DNA of 51,169 nt, from the NCBI GenBank assembly GCA_964633865.1, contig CAZWIJ010000009.1:876-52044 (forward strand), in the 5' to 3' direction. Below, in pieces: positions 18,376 to 28,479 of this stretch. Below the pieces are notes generated by a model that was given only the letters and a program-made list of their open reading frames with translations, made no database searches and was not told the DNA's origin. The stretch comes from an uncultured Candidatus Saccharibacteria bacterium (lineage in GTDB: Bacteria; Patescibacteriota; Minisyncoccia; SW-4-49-11). Within the stretch, counting starts at the first letter, position 1; every line of letters starts with the position of its first letter. The position numbers were made by a program, and so were the translations under genes.

Positions 18376-18981
18376 TTATTTTTCTTCTTCGAATGGAATT
18401 GCGATTATGATATGTCTTTTGTGAGCTGTCCATATGGGTGTGCATGTATATAATGTTAATTTCTCAGTTTCTGATTTACCAATTAGTTCTATTTGGTCGG
18501 CTTCTGCTTCAAAACTCTCTGTTACTTTATAGAGATTCTCTTTTCCATTCCAGAAAATTTGAATTATTTCACCTACTTTTAAGCTAGGTAAGTGATAAAA
18601 GGAGTTATCTCCATTTTTGTAGCTGAATCTATGCCCTGCCATAACTATATTTCCTCCGGCTCCTGGAACTGTAGAGTTAGTATCATGCCAGATGTTCTTG
18701 TTAGTCAAACTGTTTCCACCTGACTTGATGGTTGAATTTACTCCAAGTGATGGAATTACAAGAGTGTTTTCTTCTGGTGGACTAAATGTGGGTTCTGTAT
18801 TTTTGGTTTGCTCTGGAGTTAGTATGTCTGATGAATATGGGAATAGGGGAGTATCTGGTATTGGATTAAAGATTCCATTTATGGCAGGAGCCAGTAGGAA
18901 ATAAACTAGAGTTAGAATAATTCCTACTGTTAGCATCCATTTGGATATTTGGAGGTATAAGATTAGTTCTTTATATTTCAT
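18376..18981 (-). CDS. Sortase (class D/E-like)
   Basis: N-terminal TM, LVIPSLGV, PGAGGNIVMAGHR (His), LTLYTC (Cys), KRHII (Arg). Confidence 0.93.
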   Translation of the reverse strand: MKYKELILYLQISKWMLTVGIILTLVYFLLAPAINGIFNPIPDTPLFPYSSDILTPEQTKNTEPTFSPPEENTLVIPSLGVNSTIKSGGNSLTNKNIWHDTNSTVPGAGGNIVMAGHRFSYKNGDNSFYHLPSLKVGEIIQIFWNGKENLYKVTESFEAEADQIELIGKSETEKLTLYTCTPIWTAHKRHIIIAIPFEEEK

Positions 18982-21900
18982 CTTTTAGGTGCTTTATCGG
19001 AAGAAATTTTTCAATCATAAATGTTAGGATCAGAGCGAAAGATGTTACTAAGGCGATTATAACTCTAACTTGGATTCCATTCCCTGCTTGATCTAGAGTT
19101 TCACTAACTTTAGGCTGTCTTTCCCAGACGGTAGAATCATTTCCTTCCATTGTCCTTGGGTCATTAGAAAGGCTTGCTATTTGTCCATACAAAATATCAT
19201 CCTCGAAGGTTCCGTTTCCATTTTCGTCCCAATGTGCTTTAGCTTGATTGGTTAGTTTTTGGATTTCTTCTGGTACAGTTGTACGGAATATTAATACTAC
19301 TTCGTTTAAGCCATCATCTTCATCTAATTTACCTGGATCAGGAGCAATCATTCCTTCCCATTCTACTCTATTTAGTTCAGGGTTGAAGTCACATCTAGTT
19401 GTGGTAGAATCACCTCTAGCATCACATTTGAAGCTATCTTGAACATAAGTGGTTCCTTCTGGTACATCATCAGTTAATAATACATTAAGAGCATCTGTAT
19501 TTCCATCATTTAGCCAGACCATTTTCCATTCGAATTCAGGTAATCCTCCGGCATTGAAGGTTTTTAGAGATGATGGGGGATCAAAGACGGATGTATAAAG
19601 TAGAGGTGTTATATCTGATGCAGTATTGTTACTCAAATTAATATCATCTCCATTTTTCTTATCATCTTCAATAGATACGGACAGGCTTAATGTTTCTAAA
19701 TCGGTTGGGGCATAGCCTATTACTTTTAATGTCAGTACAATTTCTTTTTCGGTTTCTTCTACTGGTAGGGATCCTACTTCAAAGATACACTCTCCTGGGT
19801 GCTTATTATCTGTACAAATCCATCCTGAAGTGCTGGTGTTAGGGAAGTATTCTGAAAATTCTGGTATTTTGGTTCTTATTACTACTCCGGTTGAGCCTTT
19901 TGTTCCTATATTTTGATAAGTAATTTTGTAATTTACTTTATCATCTGTGAAAGCTTGTAGTCCACCGTCATCTACTTTTATTTGGAGATCAGGTTGCCCC
20001 AATACAGTAACGCTAACAGTAGTCTGATTGTTTTCTGTTTCATCAAATCCTCTTGCTTGATTATCTGAGACAGAGCTGTCTGATTTTAGTGAATCAGTTC
20101 CTGCTGGCAGATTTTTGTCTATAATTACTCCAAAATTAATCTCAAAGTTTTTTGTTGGAGCTAGTTCTTGTGAATTAATATATGTACAGGTTGATCCTGC
20201 AACTCCTCCGTTGGTACAGGTCCATCCAGGTGTGCTTTGGGTAGGGGAGAAGGTGGTATTATTAGGAACAGTCTTGTTTATGGTTGGGTTTATTGCTCCT
20301 GCAGTACCGATATTCTCGGTTTTGATTGTATAAGTGACTAATTCTTGAGTATTGAATGTATCTTTGTTTACTTGCTCGGTTAATTTTAAATCAGGTTTGA
20401 TTACGATAAATGAATCTTCAGATTCTATCTCACCATCTGATGTTTCATCTCTTTCTTCTGAGTGGGAGTTTCCTGGCATAGAGGTTGCTTTGGTGACTAT
20501 AGATTTATTTGCTATTATTGTACCTTTGAATACAGTATTTTTAACTGATGCCTTGAAAGTCACTGTACAACTTTCGTTGATTGGTAGATGTTCTATGCTG
20601 ATTTCTAAACTATCTGCTGATTCTGTTAGGTTTGTTGTTTCAGTTACACCTGCGGTACAAATTAGTTCAGCAGAGTTAGTTGTATAGATTAGGCTGTCCG
20701 GAGTTAATTCTTCAAAAGTATTAATTAGTTCTAAATCATGCCCACCAGATGTTCCAGTATTTGTGACTGTATAGCTAAGATTTATTTCTTGGTTTGGAGT
20801 TGCTTCCGTTTCTGATATACTGTGTGTTATCTCTATATTTGGTTCAATTATACTCATTGTTATTGTTCCTGCATCTTGGATTGGATCAGAATCTTTTTGT
20901 CCAGTTGCTTGTGATTGGAAAGAAACAGAGTCTATATTGGAGGGGATATCTTTTACGGTAGCTATGACTTTTAATCCAATGAAATTATTAGGACCATTTC
21001 CATCAGTTGGGTTTAGTATATTGGTTAGGGTTACTTCAATATCATTTCTATCTCCAGCAATGGTTGAGATGGATGGGGTAATTGTTCCACCACCAAAATT
21101 TTGAGACATATATCCAAAAGAATCTGCTGAATTTGTGATTAGTTCTACATTATCTACGGTAAGATTTTCTGGTATTGAATCTCTTATTACATAACTGTTA
21201 GTTGTACCTTCTTCAAGATGTGCACGAATAAAGAATATGACTTGTTCTCCAACTGCCACTTTGATATCAGGGGTTTCTGGAGTAAATGTATTGTTTGAGG
21301 ATACGAAGAACTTAGTGATTTTATTGCTATCTGTAGTAACTGAGTTATCTAAGGAATTAATTGAATAGTCATTTAGATTTGTGGTACCAGTTTCTGATAT
21401 ATCGTAGGTTCCATCAGTCCCATTTCTTTCTCCACTGACATTTCCATTGAGGGAACTCCAAGTAATATTAACATTATTTTCTAGGGTTATATCAGGATTA
21501 ATGAACTCGTCAACATTAGTAACAAGTTCTATTGAGAGACTTGCTCCAAGTGGTAGATCAAAGGTTCCATCTGTGGAATTTGGAATTAATAAGTCCTTAT
21601 CATTGCTTATTTGGTAAGAAGGAGCTGTTATTCCAGTTGGAATGATTGTAACACTTTCTATACTTTCAAATTGATCAGTAAGAAAATCTGTGAGACTTAT
21701 ATCATAAGCATTAGCATCGCTTAAGGAATTATGAGAGACATTGATTGTATAAGTTATTTGTGAGTCTTTATTTACTATAGTAGGGAAGTTAGTTGCTAAT
21801 TTGGTTATATCTAAAATTGATTCAATTATACTTATTTGAGGAGCATTTGAAGCATTAATGGTTTCATCTAATAAGGTGTTTGGATTGGTAAAAATTAGTT

Positions 21901-24900
21901 CTGAACTATTGGTAAGAGTATCGCCTCTTTGGTTTCCTAGTTCATTGACTACTTTTGCTGTTAAAACAACTTTGAAGGTATTATTGCTTCCATCTCCATC
22001 TGCATTTACTGTTACATTTCCAAAATCAATATTTACATCTTCACCAGAACTACTTCCACCGGTAATAGTTGGTGAGGATGTTGCAGTTCCATTAAATCCT
22101 GTGGTATCAACGGTTGCATTCTGATATATAAGTCCTGTAGGTAATAAATCTTTTAGACTGACATTTTGTATTATCCCTTCTGGAAGGGTTGCAATAAGTT
22201 CATAGGTAATAGTTTCTCCGATAGTATAGTCGGAACTGCCTATTAGGTTAAGTTCATGAGTAGGGCCTGCGCTAGTGAAACTTTCTGAGGTTTTAGCCTG
22301 ATAATCATCTAATCCTGATGCACCTGATTCAGTCAGGTCATAATTATTATCATCATCTCCTGATCTTGAATTAGTTCCGCCACCATTTAGAGATTCCCAT
22401 TTAACGGTTACATTGTTGACAACATTTTTTATGGGGGCAATTTCACTATCTAAAGTGGCTTCATAGGTTGCCTCTAGTGTTGCTCCAAGTGGAAAGTCAA
22501 ATGTGTTTATTATTAGATTAGGATCACTTGTGGTTGAAGTATTTGGAGCGGTAAATCCAGTAGCATTTACTCCTATTACATTGATACTATCAAACTCAGC
22601 AGGCAAGAAATCATTAATATTTACATCAAAAGCGTCGGCATCGCTATTGGTATGATGACTTAATTCTATTTGGTATGTAACAATATCACCTCCGTCATAA
22701 GATGGTTGACTGGATATAATTGATTTAGAAACTTCTAGAATTGGTTCTACTATGGTCAAATTAGCTCCTCCATCCGTATCATTTACATTTACTGTTGATG
22801 GAATATCTGGTTCGGTAAATTGTAGTCTGGTAGTGCTTGAAAGAGAGTCTCCTTTCTGGTTCCCAATTTCATTAAGTAAAATTGCTGTTATTTGTACAAC
22901 AACAGATTCATCTGTTTCAGAGAGATTTGAAGGGATGGTTACATCTCCAAAATTAAATTCTACTTCTTCACCAGAACTACCTGAGGAAGTAACGGTTGGG
23001 CTTCCAATTGATCCAGAGAAATCATCGGTAAGTAAGGTTGAAGATAAATCTGTGGTTAGTAGATTATATCCTTGGTATTGCATACCAGTAGGTAAATCTA
23101 AGAATACTTTTAATCCTTTGGTTACTCCTTGGTTTAGGTTTACGAGTACATTATAGGTTACAGTATCTCCAATATTATAAGTGGTGTCCGAAAGAGTTTT
23201 TAGGTCTACAGTTGGTGAAATTGTACTGAAACTAGCTGTGTCTGAAGTGGTGCTAGTTCTCTCTATATCTCTATTACTTGGATCTAATCCAGGAGTATTT
23301 GATTCAGTTGGATTTCCTGTAGTTCCATTTCCTGGAAGAGAGGTTGAAATGGTTTGAGCATTATTTGTGACTGTCTCTTGTGCTTCAATTGTATCCGTTG
23401 TATTCCCTGTCACTTCTACAATTACAGAGTCACCAGGTCTTAGTTCATTTATAGTGAATTCTATATTGTTTCCTGATGAATTGTCAGTAAGTATTGCATA
23501 CCCGGGATTACTAATGATACTAGTAGATATGTTTTCAATTTTTCCGGATACGGTATCAGTAAAAGTATTATCAAAGGCAGTGGATTTATTGGTTCCACTT
23601 GGATTGGTCATAGTTATTCTATATGTAACAGTATCACCAGCTTCTTCGGGAGTTTCTGTAAGAATTTTATCAGTATTAATTTGAGATGATAATACTTGGA
23701 TTCTATTTTTTGCAAGGTTGGTAGAAGTAGTAATGTTAGTACCATTTACAATAATTCTAAATTGATTATTAAGTGTAAGCCCTTCGGTATTACCGCTAAC
23801 ATTAAGTAATAATGCATTAAATTCAATAATGATATATTCTTCATCAGAATCATTATCACTATTTATTATATCTCCCAATTTAAAATAAACATCATCTCCC
23901 CCCGCATATCCGTAATTATCAACATTTGAGGTGGCATTACTTGAGACGGCATCATCTGGAAGAGGACATTCAGGAGATAGTGTATTAAGATTACTTGCAT
24001 TCCCAAATAGATTTAAGTTAGGGTTTGCTCCACCATCACAAGCAATATTAGCTGGAATCAAGGTAGAAGAAGTGATTCCTGTATTATTACTTACAAAAGC
24101 TACTTTTGCTGTACCATCATTTAGGAATTGAACTCCATTTGGTATAAGATCTAAGAATTGAACATTGGTTGATGTTGTCTCAGCAACTCTAGTAACTAAT
24201 CTATACCTAACAATCTCCCCAATAGCTAATTGTTGAACTCCTCCGCTGTTCGTTGATGTATGACTTTCTGAGGTTGCAGATATGCTTTTATCTGGAACTG
24301 GAGTAAAGATAGTAAGATTAGCATTGGTTGTTTGGGTATATACTTCTTCAGTGGAGTCGGGACTATATATAGATTGTTGTCCTGGGTCTCCTGGAAGTGA
24401 ACTGTAAGAAACACTAAGAGTATTAGTAATTACTTGCCCAATAGACACACTATTATCAACTGTAACATTAAAAGTTATAGTCTCAGTAGTATTTGGAGCC
24501 ATTGATGAATATTGAGCAGTTATAGTCCCACTTGATTCTGAACAAGAAGTTTGGTTTCCAGTATCATTAGAGCATGCAAGATTACCAGCAAATGTTAGTC
24601 CGGCAGGTAGGATATCTGTTGCTTGTATATCATATCCTGTGGTTTCATTGGCACCATTGTCTTGACGAAGAGTAAGTGTAACACCTATTATATCGCCGGC
24701 ATCAGCAGTGTTAGGAGATAATGCTTTAGTAAGTACAAAATCAGGATAATGTATTCTTACATTTGGAGCAGCATCGGTAATTGTATTGATTGGAGATCCA
24801 GATATTGGTCCCCATCTAAAGCTAGCAGCATTGTTTTTATCTGAGCCTTTGACAGTATTCTCGTTTGAAACTACAACAGTATAAATCACAACAATAGTTT

Positions 24901-27900
24901 CATTCTTAGTATTGTCGGTATTATTATTTACTAAGGTTCCAAAGTTAAAATTGATATTTCTTGCATTTGGGGAGACTGTTGGATTAGTTGGGTCATTACA
25001 AATATTAGTATTAAAATCATTGGATCCATTACTTGTTATATCAGATGTTGGCACTCCATCACTAAATGTTTCTATGGAAGAACATTCTTGAAATATTAAT
25101 CCGTTGTCTAATGTGTCTTCCAAAATAGCATTCTGCATAGTTCCTTCTGGAATTGTTAGCTCAACTTGATAAGTAAGAATTTCTCCTTCTACGGCAGTAT
25201 TTCCACTGGTGGATGCAAGATTAGTTCCAAGAATATTCTTATTAATTTCGGGACTTGATATAGTAGCTTGGCTGTTATCTATAGTTTCTACATTAATATA
25301 ATTTGGTCCAGAGGCATCTCCCGAGAATCTAATTAATTCAGTTGTATTTTCAAAAGTTTGCTCGGGTTCAACTGTAGAATTCATCATTACATCATAAACA
25401 ATTACAGCAAGGTTAGTCCCAGAATTCTCATCGTAGGTAGATAGGGGATTATCAAGTCTAATACCGTCTTCAAATAAAGGATTGGTATTAGAGCCATTAA
25501 CAGCAGACCAACTAAGAATATTTCCATTCCCATCAGTTATACAAAGAGTCCCTGTTTGGTAGGTGTATTCTGCAGGAAGGATATCTTTTATGGTAACATC
25601 AAAGGCTCCTTGAGGGGCCCCACCAATATTTTCAGCTATCACCGCAAAAGAAAGAATATCATCAGAATCTATATTATCAAAATTCGCGGTAATAGGGTTT
25701 GTTTCGATTTTAGAACTAGTAATAGACCCTCCAGATGAGAATCTAGAGCAAGAACCTCCTGGAGCTGAGAAAACTACCCCAGTTGGGACTGGATTACTAA
25801 TCAGTACCATATCATCATCAACAAATGTAGAGTTAGGGTTGTTTGAGATGATAGCTCCTTTAGATATTTTTACATCTGGCATTTTTAGCTCAATTTGGGT
25901 TGTAGCTGATGTAGCAAAAGATGTTCCAAAAGTATTATCTATAGCAGAAGTTACTTGGTTTGTAATAAATAATCCATCTGCAAATTGGTTATTACTTACA
26001 GTTACTGTTATTAGTAGATCAATAACACTCTCGGAACTGATAGGATCGTCAAAATCGCCATAATTCATTGTAAGTTTATTTGAATTTAGGTCTATAGATA
26101 AAGTCGGTTGCAATCCTAATGGTCCGAGAACCCCTTGTGATATACTAAAAAATGTATCATCATTACTAAGTTGTATTACTCCAGGGGCAGGGGGATTATT
26201 GGAAGCATTAGTATCAAAAGACCATTCACTTAATCCATTTGCAGTCCCATCAGAATTTGGATTTGCTACATCAAACACTGGCAATGGGAAATAATCCTCA
26301 AGTACAAGTGATTCAAAGTCAGAGGAAGAAATAGGAAGTGAAATTTTATAGGTAACATCATCACCAGGAGAGATTTGGTATTCAGTAAAAGAAGAATTAC
26401 CATTAATAGCATAAACTTCTTTAGTGAGTCCAAAAAAATCTATAGTGCCTATCCAACTGCTAATGTCAGCTTGATTAAATCCTGTTAGACTTGATGCATC
26501 AGAAGTAGTTATAAGATTACCTTCAATAGTAACATTATTAGAGACATTATCACCGAGTCCAACATTTTGATTACCAACTACATCTGTAAAATTTTCTTGT
26601 ACAACAGCTCTAAAAGTAACTGTACCATTAGTAGAGCCTCCATTAAAAGTATCACAATTCATATTTCCACCTGTTCCTATTTGAGGGATACATCCTCCTA
26701 ATAAGATTCCATCAAGTGAATAAGAACTTTCAATAAGTTGATTTGAAATATCAAATATATAAGTTTGAGTACCATCAAGTGGGAGTATTTCTGGAGAACC
26801 ACCTGTAAAATTGTCTTGAATTGTAAGATTACCACCTCCAAAAGTAATATTCTCAGTTAAATTATTTTCAGTGATATTAAGGGTTGGAGTGAAGGTTTCA
26901 TCTATTCTTAGTCCATCAGAGAGAACATCAGTAACAACTATATCATCAAATCCAAAAAAGTCTGAAAGACTAAAGTCAAGAGTATACTCTATGACATCGC
27001 CAGGTGAAAGCCCAGCTGAACCTGAATTAGTAACAATATTACCTGATTTTCGAATAACTATGGATTTAGCTATTGATGTATCATCTATAGGAGTAATATC
27101 CAAATTAAAAATTTCGGTTGAGTCTCTTGTGTCTATAGGGATCCAAGCTGCAGATAGAGAAATATCATTAGTAAAGAGAACCTCATCTCCAGTAGTTGGA
27201 GAAATAACAGGATTGGAAGAATTGTCTTCATAATCTACAAAATATTGAAAACTTATAGAATGTGAACCTGCACCAAGAGAATCACAAGTAACTTCAAAAA
27301 TATTATCAGCTGGCAAAGTAGGGGTTGTAGTTACAGAACATCCAGTAGGTAAAGAGGCACTTCCTAGATAAGTAACTTTATCAGAAAGAGTATTGGTAAA
27401 GATAACATTATTACTTGGATTCCCAGATTCACCTATAGTTTGTCCAGAAGCCACTTGAATTTGAGAAGTATAAGTTTGTGGTGAATTCGGACCTGAAGGG
27501 ATCTCATTTTCTGGTGGGTTATCAAAGTTATTGACTGTAACCAAACTCGGACTAACAGAATGAGTAGCCCATTCTGATGGCTGAGGAAGAGATACATCAT
27601 AAGGAGTATAAATAGATGGATCTGTAGAAGGATTATTAAGTGAATCAGCACCAAATCTAAATCCACCAGTCGCAATAATATCAAGTGGAGTTGAGATATC
27701 TGCTAAGTTACTAATAGCAAGAGACAAATTTAGAGTTGATGTAGGCTGGTCTGAGACATAAGATCCAAATGGTAGAATAAATACTAAATAAATATCCCCA
27801 GCAGTACCACATACTGATCTAGGTGAATTAGAAGAATCTACAGCTAAAGGGTGATTGACACAACCTGTACCTGCTCCATCATCAGGAAAAGTTGTAGAAA

Positions 27901-28306
27901 GAACAGGTGTAGAGGATATACTATCAATAGTGGCTGAATTGAAAGTTATCCCATCAGCTTCAAATCCTGGATTATAAGGAAATACTCCATCAGAACCATT
28001 TCTAGGTAGAATGACATCAATAAATGGACCAAATCCAGCATCATTGCCAGCATTGTTAAATGAAATTTGAGTACTAAAAGTTTCTCCAATCAGAGGAGTG
28101 TTTGTTCCAGATATACTCACTTCAGGTATAGCAGCTGCTTGTATAAATTTATAACCTACAAAAGATACAAGAGTTAAGGTACCAATTATTAGAGGTGTGA
28201 TTATATAAGGTTTTTTTGTTTTTAGGAAGAGGCTTTTAAAATTAGATTTAAAAATATTAAGTAATTTTGATGTTTTTGAATGCCATTTTTTTGTTAATTT
28301 TGACAT
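18971..28306 (-). CDS. Giant surface protein/adhesin with repeated isopeptide-forming fimbrial (RrgB D2-like) and DUF11 Ig-like domains and a C-terminal sorting signal
   Basis: Likely start MSKLTKK at 28306 (ORF open from 28357). Signal peptide ends FIQAAA. Many K...GE/DxVTYxI...DxLPxG...N units. C-terminal LDQAG + hydrophobic helix + charged tail. Confidence 0.85.
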   Translation of the reverse strand: MSKLTKKWHSKTSKLLNIFKSNFKSLFLKTKKPYIITPLIIGTLTLVSFVGYKFIQAAAIPEVSISGTNTPLIGETFSTQISFNNAGNDAGFGPFIDVILPRNGSDGVFPYNPGFEADGITFNSATIDSISSTPVLSTTFPDDGAGTGCVNHPLAVDSSNSPRSVCGTAGDIYLVFILPFGSYVSDQPTSTLNLSLAISNLADISTPLDIIATGGFRFGADSLNNPSTDPSIYTPYDVSLPQPSEWATHSVSPSLVTVNNFDNPPENEIPSGPNSPQTYTSQIQVASGQTIGESGNPSNNVIFTNTLSDKVTYLGSASLPTGCSVTTTPTLPADNIFEVTCDSLGAGSHSISFQYFVDYEDNSSNPVISPTTGDEVLFTNDISLSAAWIPIDTRDSTEIFNLDITPIDDTSIAKSIVIRKSGNIVTNSGSAGLSPGDVIEYTLDFSLSDFFGFDDIVVTDVLSDGLRIDETFTPTLNITENNLTENITFGGGNLTIQDNFTGGSPEILPLDGTQTYIFDISNQLIESSYSLDGILLGGCIPQIGTGGNMNCDTFNGGSTNGTVTFRAVVQENFTDVVGNQNVGLGDNVSNNVTIEGNLITTSDASSLTGFNQADISSWIGTIDFFGLTKEVYAINGNSSFTEYQISPGDDVTYKISLPISSSDFESLVLEDYFPLPVFDVANPNSDGTANGLSEWSFDTNASNNPPAPGVIQLSNDDTFFSISQGVLGPLGLQPTLSIDLNSNKLTMNYGDFDDPISSESVIDLLITVTVSNNQFADGLFITNQVTSAIDNTFGTSFATSATTQIELKMPDVKISKGAIISNNPNSTFVDDDMVLISNPVPTGVVFSAPGGSCSRFSSGGSITSSKIETNPITANFDNIDSDDILSFAVIAENIGGAPQGAFDVTIKDILPAEYTYQTGTLCITDGNGNILSWSAVNGSNTNPLFEDGIRLDNPLSTYDENSGTNLAVIVYDVMMNSTVEPEQTFENTTELIRFSGDASGPNYINVETIDNSQATISSPEINKNILGTNLASTSGNTAVEGEILTYQVELTIPEGTMQNAILEDTLDNGLIFQECSSIETFSDGVPTSDITSNGSNDFNTNICNDPTNPTVSPNARNINFNFGTLVNNNTDNTKNETIVVIYTVVVSNENTVKGSDKNNAASFRWGPISGSPINTITDAAPNVRIHYPDFVLTKALSPNTADAGDIIGVTLTLRQDNGANETTGYDIQATDILPAGLTFAGNLACSNDTGNQTSCSESSGTITAQYSSMAPNTTETITFNVTVDNSVSIGQVITNTLSVSYSSLPGDPGQQSIYSPDSTEEVYTQTTNANLTIFTPVPDKSISATSESHTSTNSGGVQQLAIGEIVRYRLVTRVAETTSTNVQFLDLIPNGVQFLNDGTAKVAFVSNNTGITSSTLIPANIACDGGANPNLNLFGNASNLNTLSPECPLPDDAVSSNATSNVDNYGYAGGDDVYFKLGDIINSDNDSDEEYIIIEFNALLLNVSGNTEGLTLNNQFRIIVNGTNITTSTNLAKNRIQVLSSQINTDKILTETPEEAGDTVTYRITMTNPSGTNKSTAFDNTFTDTVSGKIENISTSIISNPGYAILTDNSSGNNIEFTINELRPGDSVIVEVTGNTTDTIEAQETVTNNAQTISTSLPGNGTTGNPTESNTPGLDPSNRDIERTSTTSDTASFSTISPTVDLKTLSDTTYNIGDTVTYNVLVNLNQGVTKGLKVFLDLPTGMQYQGYNLLTTDLSSTLLTDDFSGSIGSPTVTSSGSSGEEVEFNFGDVTIPSNLSETDESVVVQITAILLNEIGNQKGDSLSSTTRLQFTEPDIPSTVNVNDTDGGANLTIVEPILEVSKSIISSQPSYDGGDIVTYQIELSHHTNSDADAFDVNINDFLPAEFDSINVIGVNATGFTAPNTSTTSDPNLIINTFDFPLGATLEATYEATLDSEIAPIKNVVNNVTVKWESLNGGGTNSRSGDDDNNYDLTESGASGLDDYQAKTSESFTSAGPTHELNLIGSSDYTIGETITYELIATLPEGIIQNVSLKDLLPTGLIYQNATVDTTGFNGTATSSPTITGGSSSGEDVNIDFGNVTVNADGDGSNNTFKVVLTAKVVNELGNQRGDTLTNSSELIFTNPNTLLDETINASNAPQISIIESILDITKLATNFPTIVNKDSQITYTINVSHNSLSDANAYDISLTDFLTDQFESIESVTIIPTGITAPSYQISNDKDLLIPNSTDGTFDLPLGASLSIELVTNVDEFINPDITLENNVNITWSSLNGNVSGERNGTDGTYDISETGTTNLNDYSINSLDNSVTTDSNKITKFFVSSNNTFTPETPDIKVAVGEQVIFFIRAHLEEGTTNSYVIRDSIPENLTVDNVELITNSADSFGYMSQNFGGGTITPSISTIAGDRNDIEVTLTNILNPTDGNGPNNFIGLKVIATVKDIPSNIDSVSFQSQATGQKDSDPIQDAGTITMSIIEPNIEITHSISETEATPNQEINLSYTVTNTGTSGGHDLELINTFEELTPDSLIYTTNSAELICTAGVTETTNLTESADSLEISIEHLPINESCTVTFKASVKNTVFKGTIIANKSIVTKATSMPGNSHSEERDETSDGEIESEDSFIVIKPDLKLTEQVNKDTFNTQELVTYTIKTENIGTAGAINPTINKTVPNNTTFSPTQSTPGWTCTNGGVAGSTCTYINSQELAPTKNFEINFGVIIDKNLPAGTDSLKSDSSVSDNQARGFDETENNQTTVSVTVLGQPDLQIKVDDGGLQAFTDDKVNYKITYQNIGTKGSTGVVIRTKIPEFSEYFPNTSTSGWICTDNKHPGECIFEVGSLPVEETEKEIVLTLKVIGYAPTDLETLSLSVSIEDDKKNGDDINLSNNTASDITPLLYTSVFDPPSSLKTFNAGGLPEFEWKMVWLNDGNTDALNVLLTDDVPEGTTYVQDSFKCDARGDSTTTRCDFNPELNRVEWEGMIAPDPGKLDEDDGLNEVVLIFRTTVPEEIQKLTNQAKAHWDENGNGTFEDDILYGQIASLSNDPRTMEGNDSTVWERQPKVSETLDQAGNGIQVRVIIALVTSFALILTFMIEKFLPIKHLKDEI

Positions 28307-28347
28307 AAATTTTAAGATGTATTTAGTGTTTATAATTGTACATATTA

Positions 28348-28376
28348 ATTTTAGCATTATAAAATATAGAAGTCAA
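28348..28376 (-). promoter_or_regulatory. Sigma70 promoter of the adhesin-sortase unit
   Basis: Minus strand TTGACT (28376-28371), 17-bp spacer ending TG-c, TAAAAT (28353-28348). Confidence 0.65.
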
Positions 28377-28479
28377 AGCAAAATGTTTGTTTTTATCATT
28401 TATGAATTAGTATAATAAATTTAGTGTGACAAAGTGTAAATTTAGACCTTGTATATATAAGATTTTAGAGAATTAAATT

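Noticed and set aside
19248-27684. Many short ORFs inside the giant adhesin gene
   Set aside because: They are antisense or alternative-frame shadows of a Thr/Ser/Asn/Asp-rich gene, with no motifs or independent signals.
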